Below are positions 1 to 5,369 of a stretch of 5,369 nucleotides of DNA, piece by piece (the stretch's first letter is position 1; the number at the start of each line of letters is the position of its first letter). The stretch spans positions 1 to 5,369 of the forward strand of contig NW_021830042.1 in the NCBI RefSeq assembly GCF_006345805.1, written 5' to 3'. Under the pieces are notes generated by a model that saw only the letters and a list, made by a program, of their open reading frames with translations, was not told the DNA's origin and did no database searches. The stretch is from Octopus sinensis. Taxonomy: Eukaryota. The translations under genes and the position numbers were made by a program.

Positions 1-56
1 AATGACGTATGCCTGAAAGTATTTGAGCATGTCTTAAACTGGCTCTATATAATGTC

Positions 57-136
57 TTTTTGTATATGTATGTACGCATGTGAGACTGTGTATATGTTTA
101 TAAATGTGTCTGTGTACATGTGAGCGCATGCACGCG
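57..136. repeat. Degenerate (TG/TA)n microsatellite
   Basis: Mostly alternating purine-pyrimidine sequence (tgtatatgtatgtacgcatgtg...gcgcatgcacgcg) directly before the PLE 5' truncation point. Confidence 0.6.
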
Positions 137-140
137 TAAG

Positions 141-955
141 GCAAAAAGAAACATCCCATATAGTATGGCACGACGAATATGTAGCATAGTAACTGATTCA
201 CAAATACGATTAATAAGACTAGATGAACTCAAAAGCTTCCTCCTAGAGCAAAAATACCCCCTTAAATAATAGAAAATGGAATCACAAGAGCATTAAAATA
301 GACATCACAGAACTCAGGACACCCAAACAAAAAACAAAGAAAACACTATCCCTTTTATAAACACACCAACCCTGGAGTTACAACATCTTCCAAACCATAC
401 ATTCAAACCTACCAATAGCCTTACAGAGCCCCAAAATGAAAAAACATATTAAACAAATATAGCATAAAAACAGTAGACGACAGGACAAAAACCTAAAAAA
501 AACACCTAACAAGAGCGAAATTCTCTTCAGAAACTAAAACGGAATTCTTTGCAAAAGAGTGCGGAGATGGTAGATGTGGGACCTGCAGCAACCCCACCTA
601 CAAATACATAGAGAGCAACAGAGAGATAAGATTTAAAAATGGTGTCATATCAAAGTAAATGCAGATATGAACTGCAAGACGCAGAACGTCATATACTGCA
701 TAACCTGCCCCACGTGCAAGGAGAATTACGTAGGTGAAAACTTGTAATTCTTTGTGCCAGCGAGCCAGGATCCACCGACAACATATTCGGCAGGAAGAAC
801 TACGCAAAATACCACTAAACACACACCTAGCTACATGTGGAGAAGGAAAATTTAAGATATTTCCCTTCTACAAGTGTCCGAAGAACGACACCCCCTTCAG
901 GAGGAATATGGAAAAACATTTCATAGCTAAGTTCTCCCCCAAATTAAATGGCTGA
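141..955 (+). pseudogene. Penelope-like retroelement ORF remnant (RT thumb, Cys-rich linker, GIY-YIG endonuclease), probably Neptune-type; 5'-truncated and frameshifted
   Basis: Manual translation across frameshifts. From 141: AKRNIPYSMARRICSIVTDSQIRLIRLDELKSFLLEQKYP (PLE thumb pattern IPYS..RRIC...YP). Then SRRQDKNLKK/HLTRAKF, and CGDGRCGTC at 560-586 (Cys-rich linker). Then NCKTQNVIYCITCPTCKENYVGE (VIY 688-696, YVG 727-735, the GIY-YIG motif with CxxC). A frameshift in the A-run at 737-740 leads into TCNSLCQRARIHRQHI...RRNMEKHFIAKFSPKLNG* (conserved R, H, E and terminal LN; stop 953-955). Confidence 0.92.
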
Positions 956-1231
956 AACTTACTCAACATACATTGAAGGAAAATCTGTGTGTGTGTAGAT
1001 GTGTGTATTGCCTGTTATATACATCATATTATATTATTATCTTTATAATTCACTTCCATCTTTACCTTTTAATTGTCACTTAATTTAACTTTCCTATGAG
1101 ATACAATTTTCAAGATGGTATAATTTGGTTGTTCATTTTGAACCGATAAAAAGGTTTTTTCAAATATTTTATGTATAAGTCTCTGTGTGTGTATATATAT
1201 ATGTGTTGGTATAAATATCAACACACAAAAA

Positions 1232-1408
1232 TATTTTTTCTTCTCCACTTCCTCCCTTATTTTTATTTATTTTTATTTTTTATTTTTTATTTTTTATTTT
1301 TATATTTTTATTATTCTTTATATTTTTTTATTTTTTATTTTTTTTTATATTTCTATATTTTTTTTATTGTTTATTTTTATTATTATTATTATTTTTATTT
1401 TCCCTTTT
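1232..1408. repeat. Low-complexity T-rich (TTTTA/TTA)n tract
   Basis: Almost only T and A, for example ttttatttatttttatttttta...tattattattatt. Confidence 0.9.
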
Positions 1409-1434
1409 CTCTTTTGTCTCTCTCCCCTTCTCCA

Positions 1435-1541
1435 AACACACAGACACACACACACAAACACACACATACACACACACACACACACGCACGCACACAAAAA
1501 CACACACGGACACACAGACACACACACACACACACACACAC
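1435..1541. repeat. Imperfect (CA)n microsatellite
   Basis: Visible directly in the sequence. Confidence 0.95.
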
Positions 1542-1707
1542 CTCCACAGAATGATCATAGAAAGTGTGACCCCAAATGACATTTGCCAGGCCAACCTACG
1601 CACAACACACACTCAATGACATCGAAATGGACGGCCAAAGTTCTTATAAAACCACAGGCGGTCCAGCAGACCAACGGAAATAACACTTCTTCACTCTCAG
1701 ATATAAA

Positions 1708-1779
1708 CGCGCACACACACACACACACACACACGCACACACACATATACACAGACACACACACATACACATACACACA
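1708..1779. repeat. Imperfect (CA)n microsatellite
   Basis: Visible directly in the sequence. Confidence 0.95.
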
Positions 1780-1847
1780 TTTTTTCTCTGTCTCACTTCC
1801 TCCTCACCCACTACTACGAAACTATAAAATGTTCAAACTCCCCACAA

Positions 1848-1909
1848 CTGATTTGATTTGAAAAGCCCACTAGAATGGGAGCAAGCGCTAATCCGAAATC
1901 CGAATGATA
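1848..1909 (+). ncRNA. Possible degenerate type I hammerhead remnant
   Basis: CTGAT at 1848 (core broken: CTGATTT instead of CTGANGA). GATT (1855-1858) can pair with AATC (1890-1893) around an inner hairpin CCCA/TGGG. GAAA is at 1895-1898, and ATC/GAT plus A could form a mini stem III. No stem I partner is visible. Confidence 0.3.
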
Positions 1910-1994
1910 TGATATGATATATATGTAAAAATGTAATATATAAATAAATATCTACAAATATGAACCATCTGATCTGATTACCTCAATTTTTCTA

Positions 1995-2010
1995 ATATAT
2001 ATATATATAT
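1995..2010. repeat. (AT)8 microsatellite between two oppositely oriented element ends
   Basis: Visible directly in the sequence. Confidence 0.95.
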
Positions 2011-2234
2011 CGAGAAAGAAGCAACAGAATGGATTGGTTTTTAGTACAATTGTTTCATACAAAGACAGGCTTTATTACAAGTTGCAAAAATTGCAGCAGA
2101 TAAAATGTCCCGTACTCATCAGCTAAAATACATTTGAGTTCTCTAGACATCTTAGTGGGTGAGGTTATACTCATGAGATATTGGAGATAGTTCCATTAGA
2201 GGCAGATATAGGTTGTAAACAGTTTTCCAAAGTT

Positions 2235-2237
<3 letters not shown>
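2011..2237 (-). mobile_element. 227-bp non-coding HHR-bearing unit flanked by (TA)n on both sides (PLE pseudo-LTR fragment or retrozyme-like monomer)
   Basis: Sharp boundaries at the AT tracts 1995-2010 and 2238-2273. It contains the hammerhead and no recognisable coding sequence. Confidence 0.65.
2039..2128 (-). ncRNA. Type I hammerhead ribozyme (PLE/retrozyme type, palindromic short stem III, long stem II)
   Basis: The minus strand reads UUUUAG-CUGAUGA-[GUACGGGACA UUUUAU CUGC UGCAA UUU UUGCA ACUUGUA AUAAA GCC UGUCUUUGUAU]-GAAA-CAAUUG-UA-CUAAAA. Stem I is a perfect 6-bp UUUUAG/CUAAAA. The core boxes CUGAUGA (2122-2116) and GAAA (2056-2053) are intact. Stem II is 59 nt and foldable. Stem III lies within the palindrome ACAAUUGU. 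The GUA triplet predicts cleavage between 2045 and 2044. Confidence 0.9.

Positions 2238-2273
<36 letters not shown>
2238..2273. repeat. (TA)18 microsatellite
   Basis: Visible directly in the sequence. Confidence 0.97.
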
Positions 2274-2276
<3 letters not shown>

Positions 2277-2359
2277 AGAAGTCACAAAAAGCAAAAGACG
2301 AAGACAGGTAGTGTAGACAACAAACAGACGTATTAGTATTATGCTCGGGAAGTGAAAAA

Positions 2360-2400
2360 GTCCTTAACGTTTCGAGTCTACGCTCTTCTACAGAGAGGAA
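2360..2400 (-). ncRNA. Atypical minimal hammerhead-like motif
   Basis: The minus strand reads UUCCUCU-CUGUAGAA-GAG CGUAGA CUC-GAAA-CG-UU-AAGGAC. Stem II is GAG/CUC, followed by GAAA and the palindrome AACGUU (2366-2371). Stem I is imperfect (UCCU/AGGA). The first core box is non-canonical. Confidence 0.45.
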
Positions 2401-2464
2401 CACAGAAAGAAGCAAGGCTTGAAAATAAAGAATGTGTAGTGGCAAGTGATCTATCATGGCGAAT

Positions 2465-2530
2465 AGAGGGGTCACATAGGAGAGACAGAGAGGCCACACA
2501 GGAGAGACATAGGGGCCACACAGGAGAGCT
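2465..2530 (+). repeat. 22-bp minisatellite, 3 copies
   Basis: agaggggtcacataggagagac (2465-2486), agagaggccacacaggagagac (2487-2508), ataggggccacacaggagagct (2509-2530). Confidence 0.9.
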
Positions 2531-2792
2531 AGGAAGAAGGAGAGATAATAAAGTAGTGGCGATCCCAAAACGAAGATGCGCGTGCGTGTGTATATGAGAG
2601 CATTATATGCGTGTGGAAGAGGGCTGGTGACTTTCACGTGTATGTGTGTGTATGTGTAGGTGTGTGGATGTGGGGCAGGTAAGTGGTCAGTGCTAGTGTG
2701 TGCGTGGTGGTGATGTTTTCTGGACCTGTACTAAACCGGGTTTTATGCCTATTTCCTCTCTCATCTGTTCAGATCTTTAGGCATAGTTCCCA

Positions 2793-4225
2793 ATTATCAT
2801 TATATTAAGCAACATGGATTTTATCTTGAGGCTTAGTAACAAGTCTCCTTAAATCTCTAGAATCATATTTAAGGTTCTTTGAGCATACAGGAAGGCAATT
2901 TTCTACAGGTGGACCATGCAAGTCACAATTCCAATATCCTTCATCTTAATATAACAATTTGGTTCCTAAGCCAAGGGCACAAAATGCCACGGAAACAATT
3001 GTTTCCTCGTCTATTACAATCTCTTCATCTTTCTAGTTAGGCCCTGATATTTCCCAGTTTTCACTATTTGTTTCAACATTCTTTTGTAATATGGTAATGC
3101 AAAGACTAGGATCTTACATCGTTTACGCTTTTCTATTTTTTTATTTTGTCTTCTTTAATTTTACTTCTGCTCCTTCATACAATCGTATGGCAACCTTTTA
3201 TGGGAAGGTACTCCAAAATCCTGTAGTTATGATTCACAAGTGCAGTCTTCGCTTCATCTCCAAACCAGTTCTCTGATACTTTCAATCCACACACTCACCT
3301 AACATAAACGTGCGTTCTTTAACCTACAGACTCCTGTCTGCACTTTTACTATTTTTCTGTTAACTTACCCCATTCCGTTAAGGAGATGGTTAATACTTTC
3401 GTCTCCTTTGCCACAGATGCTGTAGTTGCTCTCCTACTGAGTTTTATCAGCCTCCACATTTGTCAAGTTTGCTCTAAGTGCTTGTGTTTCAAGTGGTTAT
3501 GATTAACGATTCAATTTCTCAATTCAGCAACGTTTGTTACTTCCCGCATTTTCAATTGCATGAAGTGGTCATGTCATTCCATTTCATTCCATCTGCTTGT
3601 TTTGTTGTTCTTTCTTCTGTTCATAAATTTTCCTACTGTTGCAGTGATATTTAAATATTTCTTGCTACAAACAACATTGTTTCTTCACCATCGCATTTAA
3701 CAAAACTCAGCCTCCTTCGTTTCTTGCTGAGGAGAGTCTGTCAGTATTACTTTTAGGATAACAGTGATATGCATTAGAAGCAACCACTTAGTTCTATCTA
3801 ATACCTGTAACCATCTTAGTCCATTGGAGAAAAAATACAGACTATATTAATATCGGTTTAAAATTTTGGCACAAAGCCAGCAATTTCTAGGGAACGGCTA
3901 CATTGATTGCATTAACCCCCTAGTGCTTGACCGGTACTGACTTCATCGACCGCAAAATGATAAAAGTCAAACTCGACCTCGACGGTACTTCCAACGTAAA
4001 GGTAGACATTATTGCCGCTAAGCACATTGCCCGGCATGCTAACGATTCTGCCAGCACGCGGCCTTAATAATTACTTAATATTGACATGGCCTATGTATTC
4101 ATTGACTTTCTAACATTGTCTCCATTTTCTTTTGTTTCGAGCACCTTCTATAATGTTCCTCTTGCACTTCGGTGACACTCACTTTCATTTCTCTTTCCAT
4201 TATTCTATCATATTCCAGCTAGATA
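2793..4225 (-). mobile_element. Highly decayed R4/Dong-like non-LTR retrotransposon (RT C-terminus/thumb, CCHC knuckle, restriction-like endonuclease), 5'-truncated and split by a SINE
   Basis: Colinear minus-strand peptides across stops and frameshifts: DRIMEREMK..; KVLETKENGDNVRKSMNT*AMSIL (~4150-4075); after the SINE, FLQWTK; VLDRTKWLLLMH; PKSNTDRLSSARNEGG*VL (cf. PKsdvdRLYlpRkeGGRGL, ~3750-3700); ESLII; QALRANL..DKTQ*ESNYSICGKGDESINHLL (decayed CCHC, ~3425-3370); ENWFGDEAKTALVNHNYRILEYLPI; KRCKILVFALPY..KTGKYQGLTRKMKRL* (K..KY..L endonuclease motif, ~3052-3038); IVSVAFCALG; KDIGI..L*KIAFLYAQRTLNMILEI* (stop 2851-2849). A short 3' UTR ends in a TAA-like tail (2807-2793). Confidence 0.85.
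3849..4065 (-). mobile_element. tRNA-derived SINE, octopus-type, near full length but diverged
   Basis: The minus strand begins AAGGCCGCGTGC-TGGCAGAATCG-TTAGCATGCCGGGC (Pol III A-box-like). The B-box region appears eroded or deleted. The central part reads GAGGTCGAGTTTGACTTTTATCATTTTGCGGTCGATGAAGTCAGTACC and the tail reads AAATTGCTGGCTTTGTGCCAAAATTTTAAACCGATATT. It matches my recollection of an abundant octopus SINE and interrupts the LINE reading frame. Confidence 0.82.
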
Positions 4226-4234
4226 CATACATCC

Positions 4235-4285
<51 letters not shown>

Positions 4286-4318
4286 GTGTGTGTGTGTGTG
4301 TGTGTATGTACATATGTA
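4226..4318. repeat. Compound (TA)n/(TG)n microsatellite
   Basis: Visible directly in the sequence. Confidence 0.95.
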
Positions 4319-4321
4319 CTT

Positions 4322-4377
4322 ATGGTGCTCCAGCATGACCGCAACCGCATGGCTGAGACGAGTAAAGAATAAAAATA
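4322..4377 (+). mobile_element. Short 3'-end fragment of a second SINE-like repeat
   Basis: GGTGCTCCAGCATGACCGCAACCGCATGGCTGAGACGAGTAAAGAATAAAA resembles a SINE 3' tail I recall from octopus (..GGTGCTCCAGCATGGCCGCAG..ATGACTGAAACAAGTAAAAGAATAAAA). It has an A-rich end and sits between microsatellites. The match is from memory only. Confidence 0.55.
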
Positions 4378-4530
4378 TACATACACCCATGCACACACAC
4401 CACACACAAACACATACATATATACTATATATATATATATATATTATATAGACACACACAACACACACACACACACAACACATATATATATATATAATAT
4501 ATATATATACATATAGTATATATAAACATA
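4376..4530. repeat. Compound (CA)n/(TA)n microsatellite
   Basis: Visible directly in the sequence. Confidence 0.95.
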
Positions 4531-5369
4531 CAGGAAGTAAATAGAACCTTTAATTTTCAAAATTTCTGATCTAAGCGTTTTAATGTGTTTTCAGCGGTGT
4601 AGAATTTACAACGTAATTATTCTCTCTCATTCCAGGGGTCATTTTATTAAACATTTGTCAAGAGTAACATGCCAGGCACAAAAAATTCAGCAGAACTGTC
4701 AGATTTTCAAAGAGGTCATATTGTTGGGCGATATGAGGCTGGTCTTAGCCAGCGAAAAATTGCCGAAAATCTTCATATTCCTCTTGTTATAGTGCAATTC
4801 ACAAGCCAAGGAAACGAATCAACAGATTCATTGTTTGAAGTGAATTGTGGAAAACCCCCGTTCGAAGGCTTTTGGCATTGCAAAACAGCTAGAAGTTAGT
4901 CCAAGAACGTGTGTTACATATCTACATAAGCTTGGGTATTATTGACGAGTAACTGGAAGAAAACCGCTTCTTCGACCAATCAATATCATGAAAAGAAAGA
5001 AATGGGCTAAGATGTTAGAAAAATCCAGTTAATTTTGGGATAGAGTGATTTTCTCAGATGAATCCAGATTTGCATTATTTTCAGATAGTGGACTTGTTTG
5101 GGTCAGGAGGTTTCCCAATCAAGAATTTGATTTGAAACGACTCCAACCAGCTGTGAAACATGGCGGTATCGCTGTAATGGTATGGGGAGCTGTCGCCAGC
5201 AATGGTTCTGAGCTGATCGAATGTGTTGGAAACATAAACTCTGAAAAATACATCGAAATACTTAAGCACGGACTACTTCACATGATAACATAACGAAAAA
5301 TTAGTATTTGTTCATGGAAGATGGGGCTCCATGCCATACAGCAAAGAGGAATCAACAATGGCCGACCGA
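4531..5369 (+). mobile_element. Tc1-family DNA transposon (left part); putative left end TA|CAGG
   Basis: Non-repetitive sequence starts abruptly with CAGGAAGTAAATAGAAC after the TA at 4529-4530, which fits a Tc1 TA target site and CAG terminus. The transposase ATG lies 138 bp inside. The right terminal inverted repeat (TIR) is outside the window, so the TIR is unconfirmed. Confidence 0.75.
4669..5369 (+). pseudogene. Tc1-like DDE transposase pseudogene, truncated by the window edge
   Basis: [38 protein letters not shown] (paired-like HTH). After a frameshift: [51 protein letters not shown] (first catalytic D at 5057-5059), then VKHGGIAVMVWGA and NSEKYIEIL. After another frameshift: FMEDGAPCHTAK (second D at 5320-5322). 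In-frame stops at 4841, 4943, 5030 and 5291. Confidence 0.95.

Larger units (their letters stand above)
141..1994 (+). mobile_element. Penelope-like element copy including its probable 3' UTR/pseudo-LTR, ending at an (AT)n tract
   Basis: The ORF remnant is followed by a microsatellite-rich non-coding tail, a degenerate HHR-like motif (~1848-1909) and then (AT)8 at 1995-2010. The 3' boundary is inferred, not proven. Confidence 0.55.
2274..2725 (-). mobile_element. Probable 3' terminal segment of another PLE-like repeat, ending in (TA)n
   Basis: On the minus strand: a CA-rich stretch, a minisatellite, the HHR-like motif GAAGAGCGTAGACTCGAAACGTT, then a pyrimidine-rich tail (...GACTTCTCCC) running into (TA)n. 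It resembles a repeat I recall as abundant in octopus genomes (not verified). The 5' boundary is approximate. Confidence 0.55.

Noticed and set aside
598-822. 74-aa minus-strand ORF
   Set aside because: It is the antisense shadow of the GIY-YIG coding region.
1171-1861. ORFs 1171-1554, 1187-1579, 1345-1539, 1364-1612, 1555-1776 and 1583-1861
   Set aside because: They are translations of T-rich and (CA)n repeats (poly F/Y/I, HT, CV runs) and are stop-free only because of low complexity.
2465-2530. Possible CRISPR array
   Set aside because: The units are directly adjacent with no unique spacers, there are no cas genes, and the context is eukaryotic.
2152-2637. 161-aa (-) and 81-aa (+) ORFs
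   Set aside because: They span a (TA)n tract and/or the minisatellite, cross or sit within non-coding element ends, and show no recognisable domain.
2744-2785. Possible type III hammerhead on the minus strand (CAGAUGA...GAAA closed by UAUGCCUA/UAGGCAUA)
   Set aside because: The core is CAGAUGA rather than CUGAUGA, there is no stem II, and there is no UH at the required position.
3091-3276. 61-aa plus-strand ORF
   Set aside because: It is antisense to the decayed LINE endonuclease region.
3990-4065. tRNA gene
   Set aside because: Only an A-box-like motif is present, with no intact B box or cloverleaf. It is better explained as a SINE head.
4132-4483. ORFs 4132-4338, 4208-4483 and 4219-4419
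   Set aside because: They are microsatellite-derived YI/CV/HT repeats.
4583-5269. ORFs 4583-4792 (+) and 5081-5269 (-)
   Set aside because: They are alternative-frame and antisense shadows of the Tc1 transposase pseudogene.

Overview
Repeat-saturated eukaryotic non-coding DNA with no intact host gene. An octopus/cephalopod origin is likely, based on SINE families I recall from memory. From left to right: (1) a 5'-truncated, frameshifted Penelope-like retroelement (PLE) with RT thumb, Cys-rich linker and GIY-YIG endonuclease (+, ~141-955), followed by a microsatellite-rich tail that probably runs to ~1994; (2) a 227-bp unit bounded by (TA)n on both sides that carries a near-perfect type I hammerhead ribozyme (HHR) on the minus strand (2039-2128); (3) another minus-strand PLE-type terminal segment with an atypical minimal HHR-like motif and a 22-bp minisatellite; (4) an old R4/Dong-like non-LTR retrotransposon with a restriction-like endonuclease (-, ~2793-4225), interrupted by a tRNA-derived SINE (-, ~3849-4065); (5) a short SINE 3' fragment among microsatellites; (6) a decayed Tc1 transposon that runs off the right edge. 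The most notable signal is a cluster of up to three hammerhead-like motifs within ~550 bp, each near an element end that abuts a (TA)n tract. Most ORFs in the supplied track are microsatellite or antisense artefacts. All translations and foldings were done by hand.
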